The notes under the pieces: model-generated
Told to the model about the DNA's origin: nothing
What the model saw: only the letters and a program-made list of their open reading frames with translations
Database searches by the model: none
Assembly (NCBI GenBank): GCA_009914755.4
Contig: CP086569.2
Location: 23,008,001-23,072,000, forward strand
Direction: 5' to 3'
Source: the human T2T-CHM13v2.0 reference genome, Homo sapiens
DNA: 64,000 bases
Position numbers and translations under genes: made by a program
Shown here: piece after piece, positions 51,888 through 64,000 of the stretch
Numbering within the stretch: position 1 is the first letter of the stretch
Layout: every line of letters starts with the position of its first letter

Positions 51888-54667
51888 AACTACCAACAGA
51901 AATAACTACAAACATCTCCCAAAATTATTCTTAATGTTGACATAAATGATGTTATCTCAGGAGTCTATTTTAATGTGTGTTTCAATGATCTCTTCATTAG
52001 AAGCCTCTAGGTGAGAAGGACTCATTGAGTTTCAATCACACAAATATTTCCAGAGAAAGACTTACATTTTCTTTAAAAGCTGTGCTCTTTTACAGTTTTC
52101 ATTGGTGGTAATGAATATCTGACAGTAGAGAACAAATTTTGTAATTCCTAAATACCTGACTAGTAGTATCATTTTTATATATAAAATATTTAGTTTCATT
52201 CATCAGGAATTAATCATGCACCTACCTTAATATCAACCCAGCAAATTTAGAATCACACTGTACCTATAAATATAAACACTGTCCTACTGAAGGTGAGCAT
52301 GCAATCATGCTGATATTGGGTTGCCATCTTTTCCTCTGAAACAACAAAGAGGTTCTGCATGTTATTGCCTTCAACATATGCATTTGCTAGTTTCTGTTGC
52401 CATTGTTAAAAATGACTCATTTGACAATTTTTTAATACTTTCTAGCCTAGAAAGCTTATTAGTGTTACTTGACACAACCATTCAGCACATATTGCTGCTA
52501 AATAGATGATTTGCCACCAAATAATGGAATCTGTAATTTGTAGGAAGAACAAAAAGCTAGGTTCCAGGAATCCCAAAGCAGAAATCCTACTATGCGTTAT
52601 AGTAATTTGGAATTCTGCCTTAGTTTATTAGTGATGAAGAGATTCATAAAGCTTTGTTGGAGATACTGCATCCATGACATTGCATCCAGCAATGTTCTCT
52701 ACTGTCATAAGGGTTACTCAAGATACATACTAGTTTCACTTATTTCACATTTGTACCCATGAATCAGTGACACAACTCTTCAAAATGTGGATTATCTACA
52801 CACAAGACAGAAAGGCTAAGATATGACTGTATACTGTGTTTCAGAAATTATGGATATAATCCTCAAACACATCCAAATGAATATAGTTGGAATAATGGCT
52901 ACCCACTTCTGGGTAAAATAAAATGCATTGTAAATCTTAGCTTTTTAGTTAAAATGTAACTATAGTATTAACCATTTTTGTTCATGCTCTCTTTTAACCT
53001 CATTGCAATGAAAAGAATAGTGGATGGTATACAGACCATCATTCTCCTGCATTTGAGTAAAATTATAAAAGATGATTTATTGCACATTCTTGGAGAAGCA
53101 AATTAATTTTCACAACTTTTCTAGGTTTCTCATTGCCAACGGATCACTTCTTATAAAGAAATAGAAGACAGTTCTGCTGAATTAAGAAAGGACGTATCAA
53201 TTGGTCTCAATTTTTTTCTGTTTTAACTGAGGCCTTATTCGAGGATAGTCAAGATATGCATTGTCTGTTTTTGCTTTATTTTGTTTTGTTTTGTTTTAAG
53301 TTGGCACTGTGGAGCCAGAAAAAGGTGCCTTGCTGCTCAGTTCAAGTTAACAGAGGCTATACTGGTCTTACAGAAGATCCAGAGGGCAGATTGGCCAGGA
53401 AAGCAGTGCTATGGTCATGAGCCATTAAAGTGTTCCCCTCAGGGTGTGTTAATAACAGCTGACGCATTAGAGGGATTCCCTCTAGAGTCATTGGCATTGA
53501 TTTTTTAAGCCTTTTTTCCCCCTGTTGACATACAGAGAGACACAAAGCTAGGGAAGCAATAATTTTACTCTGGTTACTGTAGGTTCTGGTGTAAAATCAC
53601 CAGTCTCGAAAGTCACATGTAAATATGGGACCCATCTGAATAAAGAGTGTTCCTCTTGGGAAATATGCTGTATTATCAAAAGGAGGAGTTTTGTGAACCG
53701 TTAACTATAGTTTAAACTCAGTGTACCGGTTCTTCTGAAGTTCTTATAGTAACAGATTGTAGTGACAATGGTTTCTTTTATTTCAACTCATTGAAGTTCC
53801 AGTTATTCCTTTCTACCAACCCCAAAAATGTATTCTAAAAACTGAAACAAAGTGATGGTACTCTTTTGGAAAAGTCCATCTCCACATCTCTGACCATCCC
53901 CATACCAAGATTTATTTTGACAAAAATAGTTTTGGTGGTACCTCACTGATGGCAATCAATGTATTCAGTTGTAATTTTGTAAAGATTTAGGAAGTTCTGA
54001 TTAGCTCCATCACTGCAGTTAGAAAAGCAGTCTCATCTACATTGTTGAAAAAGAAAGTTATTCGTAGAAAGAGGAGGTGGCTGGCAAGCTCCAACTGGAA
54101 AAGCATTCAGAAGGCAAGAAGGTGAATTAGTGAAGTGGAAAGAGATGTTGAATGAAAATGTACGCAAATTTTTGATGACAAACCATGTAAATCATAGGTT
54201 ATGTACAATCCTAAAGACAGAAGATTGATGGCCCTACATCAACCTTATTGCCAGAGAAAAACAAAAGGAGACACATGCCACTGTAGTCTTTCCTAAAATA
54301 CAAAGTTCCAAAAAAATAAAAATAAACATAGATATAATAAACTGAGAGGATGAGAGTGAATAAGGGACTGATGGTCAATAAGACTATCTGGAAGTCACTG
54401 AAGAAATAAAGCAATAAACAGAAAAAATGAACCATGTTTTAAAAAGCTGCAGGAAGATGATCGGCTCATGCCATATGGTGCAAGTTGGGTTTGCCTGGTT
54501 CAGTTGAAGCCAGAACCTACAAATAATACATGAATAATAGAGATCCATTTCCATTTACACTTCCTGCATGGCACAAATTTTGGCTTTCTTATTTAATGAA
54601 ATAATGCAGTAACAGAGTTCATGATGATGACAAGCTTTAAGTTATGTTTAGCTTTTTGTGACCCCTT

Positions 54668-54725
54668 ATTTCCTCCCTTCCTTCCTTCCTCCCTTCTTTC
54701 CTTCCTTCCTTCACTCCTTCTTTGC
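54668..54725. repeat. (TTCC)n simple repeat
   Basis: cctcccttccttccttcctcccttctttccttccttccttcactccttc. Confidence 0.9.
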
Positions 54726-55381
54726 TCGTTTTAAATTAGGAGTCCAATTGAACCATGCCTTGTGCTTTCTTTGACCTAACCTACAGTCTTTAAAATATTA
54801 CTGATTGGACCATAATATCAGGTGGCTAAGGAAAGGCAGTGGATAATTCAATTTGATTTAGTTTGTCTTTGGTTTGAAACTTAAGGCCGTGAAATGCTAT
54901 CATCTCCAGCAGCCTAAGTAGGAGTAGTTCCACCACAGAAATAGGTGATAATTAATTTATTTAACGATTCACTTTTGAAGTCTTCAAGAACTTAGTTGAA
55001 ATAAAGATGGTATAGTCTACCAATAAAATGAGTTAAGACTTTAAGATCAATCAGAGGTAAGGCAAAGCTGATGTTGTGTTACTAATTTTCTCTGAGAAAA
55101 TGACATGGAGCAAGATTTGAGACCATCAAAAAACAAACAAAAAATGGTACTTAATTGAATTTAAAAGAAGTTAGATGACTTTAAATTTATTTAAAGATAT
55201 TTAAAAATCTATGTCTGATATCACAAAATTGAATGTTTTATAATGAAATAAACTTGTTTTGAGTTTTAAAGTTACACAACCATACCCACAAATTATTTTT
55301 GTTAGTTAATGGAAAAGAACACAAATTCCACCTATTGACATACTGGAAAAATAATAAAAAGGAATACACAACTTAAGTATT

Positions 55382-55384
<3 letters not shown>

Positions 55385-55412
<28 letters not shown>
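55385..55412. repeat. (CA)n microsatellite
   Basis: cacacacacacacacacacacacacacg. Confidence 0.95.
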
Positions 55413-55415
<3 letters not shown>

Positions 55416-56956
55416 TTCTAAGCGATATAGAGAGTTGCTTCTATTTAGGTTGCTTAAAAATGTTTCAAACTTGTGTCTTGTTCTTCTCTTTAAAAATAAA
55501 GAAAAAAACACAGGCAATATAAAAACTAACCAAAATGAAATAAATAAAATTTTTAACAGAAGTGGAGAATAAGTCTGGACGATGTCACTGGGAAATCCAT
55601 GAGGGCTAAACTTGGATATACATAAGATGCTTAGAGAAATGTCTTAAAGCAGTATTTGCAAAGTAAGCACACTGTTTTCACTTACTTTATATGTGATACA
55701 TTGGGCCAAGAGTTGGGGGAGAGCCACTGTTTGTCCCTGCACTGATCCTCAGTCACAGGCTATGACAGTGGTAGTGAAAATTAGATAATAGGTCTGATAT
55801 AGAACATTCAAATTGAGTGTGAGATAATACACATTTGCAGACCTCAGGCACAGTGCAAAAGTTCCACATTTGCAGTGACTACTATTTTCCTGAAAAAAAA
55901 GTTTATAAATGCTGGGAGAAGTAAGCTGTACCATTACAGATCTGAGACATCTGGAGACGGAAACTCATTATCTGCTGCAAGTCTTGACAGCTGGAACTTC
56001 ACTGATAGCTCATGCAAATATTCCCCTATGGTAACTATGGTTACCAATACTATACTGTAACTTAAAAAACTTGTTCATAGAGTAGATCTTTATTGTTCTC
56101 CCCCAAAACAAAGAAACAAAAAACACACTAAACAGATACCAAACACAATGAAATTATCTTAAAGCGTACTAGAAATAATGATGAATTTCCTATACATGAA
56201 TGGTATAGCAAGAAGTTTCTAAAAAGCAACAATTAAAAATGAAGTAGGGTTATTTCAAGCCATGATCTAAAATAATATTTTTTTAAAAAAACTATCGTTA
56301 AAGTGTGAATGTGAAATAAAGATACTTTATATATACAAAACTTGAAAGGATGTAGTATAGACAGTTTGTTTGATGAAATAATTTCTTAAGGTAAAGTTCC
56401 GGGAAAGAGGAAATTTCATACAAAAGGGAAAATTCAAGAAGTAAGGTGAGTAAAGAAATTAATTAAGAACATATCCTTAAGGTAGCATTAGCAATGTAAA
56501 CAATAACACTAACAATGTGTAATTAAGCATATAGGTAAGGTGCACCTAAAATTCTAAACAATATGATTAGAATTTAATTACAATTTAATTGATAGAGTTT
56601 ATGAGAACAAACAAAATTATGAGCCATATAAAATGAATGTAGTAAAAAAACCTGAAAATTTTCAAGGAAAAGTATTAAATTTTATTGAAGGGCATAATAA
56701 GTGAAAGCCAAAATACACATAAAAATGTGTGCCAGGCAATTGTTAAAAAAATCTTCACATGGTAAGACATCTTTTTCCATATTAATGTATAAATTAAGGC
56801 AATAATAATAAAAATTACAGCAAGATGGTTCGTGCTCATTGACAACCTGATTCTAAATATGTAATTGAAAAGGGGTGGGACTCATCTAGGCAAATTTGTA
56901 GTAAGTGCGGGAGAACAATGGAATGGAAGAGGAAGATGGAAAAGAGGACTCTTTTA

Positions 56957-57260
<304 letters not shown>

Positions 57261-57665
57261 GAGGACTCCGTTTAATAGTGCACACTTTTATACAGCTATT
57301 TCTGAATATTATAGTATGGAAAAACCTATTGCAAATAGAATTAACCCGGAACTAAGTACAGTATTATGACAGAAGTTACAGTCTAAGCAATGCTGAAGTA
57401 ATGCAGTAATATCTTAATATCCTAATGCAATAATACCCTAAGAAAAAAATTGAAGGCAAATGGGGTAAACATATTTGTTAATGACATATAAAAATAAATT
57501 GTTATGTCATAGTTTACAAAATAGTAAATAGATGAGGATTTTAAAAATACTTGTAAACACCAAAGCTGCCAAATTGCTAGAAGAAAATATTAGAGAATAA
57601 TTTATACTATCAGAAAAATACTGTTAATAACATTTAAAAGGATTTGATAAAAAATAAAAATTTTA

Positions 57666-58187
<522 letters not shown>

Positions 58188-60914
58188 TTAACAAATGCAT
58201 GAAAAAATTAAGACCACAATAAAGGGCCATTTTTTAAATCCATGATATGGACTAAAATTGAAAAGTCAAACATCAAGTGTTGACAAGGGTATGGGGAAGC
58301 AGGAACCTTAGTATTTAATACACTGTTGCTATGAATTGACATGGTAACTTCAGAGAGTTCTGTAGCCAGGCTTGATAAATTTGGAGACAGGCACACCAAA
58401 TTACCAGGAACTTTTATTTCTTGATATACACTACAAAAACACTTTCATATGTTTATTAAAAAGAAAACAGGACAAAATGTTTTGGAGTTAAGAAGAAATC
58501 ATGGAAAAATATTAACTGTCAATGGAGAGTATGTGTAAAAAATCGCTTTTCTTTCACATAGTGGAATGTAATACAGTGGTTGAAATGAATGAAGTAGAAC
58601 TGTCAGTATAAACATATGCAATTTCAAAACTATAATAACAAGTTTGAAAACTACATTGGAAAGGGATATATTTGGTGTGAATACTTATATACTCTTTAAA
58701 TGCCTCCAAAGCAAAAGTATATATATACACACACACACATATATTTGTATACATTTATACATTTGAATACATTTGTATACATTTATACATATGTTAATAT
58801 ATGTAAAAATATATATATTTATGGATAAATATTTACTGTATAAAACATATATGTGGGAGAATTATACACAAAATTCAGGATAATGATTACTTATGGAGAG
58901 AAAGAAGGAAGAAAGGATGGAGGTGTTGTACAGCCTTCAATACTCTCATAATATTTATTTATTTTTTATCTCCTTAGATTAAATGATATGGAAAAATGTT
59001 AACATTTAATTCCTGCATTATATTTAATAAACTCATATCTTAGTATGGAGCAGTCACTGTTATACATGCTTTACAAATATTACTTGATTTAATTTTAATG
59101 GTAAAGCCTAAGAGGTAGTATTACTATAATGCTCATTTCCTAGATCACAAGACTAAGGTAAAGAAAGTTTAAATGGCTTGCACAAATTCACATAGAGCTA
59201 GATTTGAAGCCAGGTATGTCTATTGTCTATTCATATGATGCCCTTTCTTACATGGCTCATTTCTTCAACATCTGCAGTACATGTGGATGGATATTTACAA
59301 TATGTTTTTTCATAGTTCGGGATTTTCTAAAAAGTATCATACATTTTAGAATCAAACATTTAAAATTTTGTTTTAAAATTTTGTTCAAAAGTTTTGTTTA
59401 AAAAATCAAACATTTAAAATTTAAAATCAAGGAAAATCTGCTTGCCGCTATTAGGTGACAAAAGGACCGTATATATGTAGAAAGCCAGCTGTTAGAAATA
59501 AGTCCCAACATAACAATAATTATTGATACAGCAAGAGCATTGGCATCTTGGACAAACACCACCACTTTAAATTCCATCTCCTTTTTTGGTCTCATGCATT
59601 TCAAGGAAATCACTTCTCTTCTGACTACAAGCAGCTAAAAAGAGCAGATAGTAAAACACAAATAAGACACCTCAGCACAGAGGTAGGTGAAGGGAAAGTC
59701 CCCTGAGTAACTGCCAAAATTCCCCTCATCCAGTGGGCCCCAGTAAAACACTGGGCCTTATTGGGCACATTCCTTTCCCTTCAGGTGCACTAAGATAGGG
59801 AAGCTAAAAGCAGACTGGGGGGATAAGCCTGCAGCTGCAGAAAGATGTATGGGAAGACACAAACTCTCCCTCCCAGACAAGCACAGCAAAGAGACACAGA
59901 AGCACTCCAAGCCTCTGATAAACTCTCCCACCCTGAATCTTCAAAAACTCTTAGTCCCTAAGAAAGTGTGCCTCTGACCTAACTCACCCAGAAGGCACCG
60001 TCTCAGGTTTGTTTTCTCTAAAATAAATCTGTCCTTACTGTTGAGCCACCCTTTTTGTGTTTCCTTCCTCTCTCTTTATTTCTTACAATCATAATAAATG
60101 TAAATGATCTAAACTCTCTCATTAAATATCAGCTAAATAATACTTAACAAGAGAGAAGCCTAATGCATCAAGCAAATGGGGATTGAAAATAAAAGGATAG
60201 AAAGAAATAAACTAGGTAAATACTAACCAATAGAAAGATGATATCTTTATATTAACTTTATAAAAAGCGAACTTTAATATAAGAAAATACATATTTTTAA
60301 GGATAGAGAAGGCCACTTTCTCATGGAAGTCTTTCTTCAACAGGAAGTTAGTTACCTAAAATGCATGTGCACCTAACAAAATAAGGACACATATATACTC
60401 AAGAAGGATAAAATTTCAGGGACACACACACACACACAGATATATATATATAAATAAATCCACCCACATTGTAATTTTATGTGTCAGTTTGACTGGGCCA
60501 CAGTGCACCCAGATGTGTTGTCAAGCATTATTCTATTGTGTCTGTGAGGGTGTTTCTGGATGAGATTAACGTTTTAGTTAATGAGTAAAGAAAGATAAAA
60601 GACTTGGGTAGAACAAAAAGGATGAAATAAAGGGGAATTCTCCCAGCTTGACTGTATTTGAGCTAGGGCTTTGAATTTTTCTGCCTTTAGATTCAAATTA
60701 AAACCTTGGCTCTTCCCAGACCTAAAGGTTGTAAGCCTTCAAACTGGAAACACACCACTGACCATCCTGGGTCTCTGGACTTTGGACTCAGACTACAACT
60801 ATACTATCAATCCTCCTCGGTCTCCAAAATGCCAACTGTATTTTTTAGAACTTGTCCACATTCATAATTGCAGGAACCAACTTTTATAATCGATTTCCTT
60901 CTCCACATATTTTT

Positions 60915-60995
60915 TGTGTGTATATATGTATGTGCGTGTGTGTGTGTACACACACATACATATTTGTGAGCATCTGTGTGCACACACACATAGAT
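60915..60995. repeat. Compound (TG)n/(CA)n microsatellite
   Basis: gtgtgtatatatgtatgtgcgtgtgtgtgtgtacacacacatacatatttgtgagcatctgtgtgcacacacacatag. Confidence 0.9.
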
Positions 60996-62382
60996 ATGTG
61001 CATCATATTTATTTCTGCTACTGCAGAGAATCCAGAATAATACAACCCCCAAAATGGGTGATTTCAATAAAAATTTATTGGCGATAGGTCACATTTACAA
61101 GAAACATTAACAAGTTTTAAAAAATTAAACGTTCTAATAGATACATGTCAACTTCTAAGTACTATAATTAGATAAAAACTATATTCTCAAACACAAATGA
61201 AACTTCACTATTATCATTTTACATTTGGTAACAAGATGGGATGTAAGCAAGTCTTAACAAATGTCAAATAAGCAGCATCATAAACACAAGTTCTTTGACC
61301 TCATGCAATTAGGTTGAAGTCAATTACAAATGATTCGTTCAGTCACTGCTTATTGGAAAAATGAAAAAAAAAAACACAAGAAAGCAGTTCTCACGAATCT
61401 TTTGGATATATACATCAAACAAAAATAAAAATAAAATATTCAAATATACTAGCATATGTATAGAAAGATATCTGTGTAAAATCTTACTGTGTTATTTTTT
61501 GTTACAGCAAAAGCCTTGAGATGACATAATTGTTCATTATGAAATAAGAAATTTCTTTAGTACGATATTTTGCCTCCAGAAGATGGTATGCGATAGCCAT
61601 TAGTGTTATTAAAGAGAACAAAGTTGCTCTTTGTTGATAAAATAGTATTAGGATAAATAAGGTAGGTACAGAATAGCACATAGAATATACACTGATTTTA
61701 ACTTAAAAAATTATATGTTTTAATATATTTCCAAGAAATTGAACAAACTTCTATTAGGGACAACTTCAGAATGGAGAATTATACATCTGGGCTCACGTAC
61801 TCTGTGTTATTGTCTTAAGTTTTTTTCCTTTCATATCCTCTATGCATTTACAACTTAAAAATACTACTAAAATGTAGAATGAATCAAAGAACCCTAGCCT
61901 AAAAATAAGTCTTCTTAAATGTTGCCAAACGGCTTTCAGATCCTTCCGCGAGTGATTTTTTTCCTTTGATTTTAGCACTGGCATGTGCATTGGCATACTC
62001 TTCAATAGAATCCATCCTCATGAACGTATACCATATGATGTCATCAGTAAATTAATGTGAAAAGGAGAATTGGATTTTCAAACCATAATTCTCTGGACTA
62101 AAGACACTGGGTGCCAGCGAAAGGAAAGGAGACACCTGGAAAGAAGAAGGTAAGCTAAAGATACTGATACTTCCTAGGTCTGACAACAAAATTTCAGCTT
62201 GAGACTTCATTGAATGATCTTAAAACTTTTGAAAGATTTCCTACAGTCCCTATTTCTTCAGATAAGAGTGTCAAGCTCTGCAATATTCTTCATTGTAATA
62301 CCTTGTCTGAAGGGAAAAATGATTGAGATTCTGGGGAAAGTGAATAGAGAACTCTGATGAAAGCCATGGTTAACATAGGCCT

Positions 62383-64000
62383 CAAACTTAAAAGCATCAA
62401 GTTTACATAAATATAATTTTCTTAAAAGCCAGCATAATTTTAATTTTATTGTAGTCATGATGGTCAGACATTGTTTATTTTGGAGAAGTGATTACAGAAA
62501 TCTGAAAAATCAAGGCCTGATGAGAATACTTAAATTAAGCATACTCCAGAAGCCCAAATCTGAAAAGCAAAGGTGTTTCTGATGTAACAGCCCAAAGTCT
62601 GCATTTCTTCTCTATTGGGCAGTGTAATATTGCCCATATGAAAAATAAATGGAGTGTTAAATAAAAAGTAATGAGATTAAGAGGAGTCATTGCTTAGTGA
62701 GTTAAAGCAACACACAAATACATTGAGAAGAAAAGGAAGGCAGTGATAGAAAGCATACTATTGATTTAATTCAGAATAATTTTCAATTTTGCCTATTACC
62801 ATTAAATAGTACCATTACAATAATATAATTGTGTATCTTGACTTCCAACATGTGAGTGGTTTTTATTTTGTATATTTGGAAACCTGATCAAGGTTCTCTA
62901 GACATTTCATTTTTTCCCAAATTTCCTAGCTAATAGCTAGCTAAACTCTGGTTGCCTGAATACCTCTCACTAAGTAGTTTGTCTTTTCCTATTAATTTTA
63001 ATATGAACTTGGTGTGTATTTTGTTGGCATCTTTCCTAAATCTACAGGTGTTGAAGTTGTTCAGATCTCAGTCATGGATCCTCTTGGGTTTTCCCAAGGC
63101 TAAAACACCCTTTCTATGCTGACCATTAAGAAATTCCCAACTTCAGGCCAGATCTTTGTTCTACCTTCAGACTTGGCATATCCAACTTCATGCCTTACAT
63201 CTCCACATACCAAAACCAGACCTTCATTTTATGGTCAAAACATGTTTCCTCCTACAGTATTCCACTATTTCAGAAATTCACAGCACCAAATACCCTGTAT
63301 TTCAAGCTAGAAATGTAGAGGATGATCTTTGAGGCAGCCTTTCCTCAATGACTCTTCATCCGTCACATCCAACACCTCACAGGTTGTGTGTCCTCTCCAG
63401 GAATTATATATAGGGTCTTAGTAAATAAAGACTGGCCGTTAAACAACCTTCAATCATCCATTTTTTTTTCAGTTCACGTCGGTTTCTTTACAGAACAACT
63501 GGAGTTCTGCAAAGTCAATGTTGGAGTAAGTACCATTCTCTGCCAGTATTACTATTTTCTTTATCATGAGATATATGTTCCTTAAAAATGCCCACATGAA
63601 GCTATGCTAAGTAACAAAGTTAAATGATGTCTTTGTTTTATAGAATAATACAAGACAAATAGAATCAATTGTTATTATATGATCTTTGTAAGTACATACA
63701 CAGGTACTAGATATTTTAGACCCCACTTCATACATCTGAAATTTGGGTCTCAAAATAGTTAGCTTATCTTAAAGTCTAATGTCAGATTACAGAACTACCT
63801 CTTTCCACAATATTGTGCTATCTCCCTTTAAGAACCAGCTGGTGAATCATTAAGAACAAAAAATGTCCTTTTCTTGAACATCTCCACGGTGAGCCAAATA
63901 TATAAATTTTCTGTGGAGATGTTGTCATGGGCAATTTCACCAAAACTTTTACAAATTTAACCACAGTTATGCTTCAGTGGCATAACTGTTTATCCAATAC
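62383..64000 (+). repeat. Copy B of the >=1.6 kb direct duplication (partner at 15693-17310); it continues past the window edge
   Basis: See copy A: collinear alignment at ~90% identity. The paralogous small ORFs 16424-16639 and 63116-63310 are a by-product of this duplication. Confidence 0.85.

Overview
This window is human (primate) genomic DNA, not prokaryotic. Roughly half of it is interspersed repeats: about 25 Alu copies, several L1 fragments, hAT/MER1-type elements, an LTR12 solo LTR and an ERVK gag relic. Two Y-chromosome gene families are recognisable by direct translation, so the window most likely comes from the male-specific Y region.

(1) An RBMY1-family gene lies on the minus strand. 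Five coding exons are in the window (424-538, 2549-2701, 4617-4794, 7818-7921, 8390-8502). They have canonical GT/AG boundaries and one continuous reading frame that reproduces the RBMY1 N-terminus and RRM. The remaining exons lie beyond the left edge of the window.

(2) About 2.9 kb upstream, in head-to-head orientation, is a TSPY-family pseudogene on the plus strand (~11320-13570). It has a TSPY-like six-exon layout with several recognisable TSPY motifs, but carries frameshifts and two in-frame TAG codons.

Between the two is a CpG-retaining, TATA-less, promoter-like block (10390-10720) with CCAAT, tandem ETS and Sp1-like motifs.

Other notable structures:
- a twin-primed (5'-inverted) L1PA insertion
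- a ~2 kb array of ~58-bp tandem repeats directly fused to an LTR-less ERVK gag relic, which in turn abuts a 3'-truncated L1
- an LTR12 (HERV9) solo LTR with its CCAAT-containing tandem repeats
- a (CA)20 microsatellite 16 nt from the RBMY exon-2 splice donor
- a ~1.6 kb direct duplication (~90% identity) between 15.7 kb and 62.4 kb

The hint of an undescribed biological system is not borne out: there is no CRISPR or prokaryotic system here. All family assignments rest on direct translation and my memory of consensus sequences; no database search was possible.
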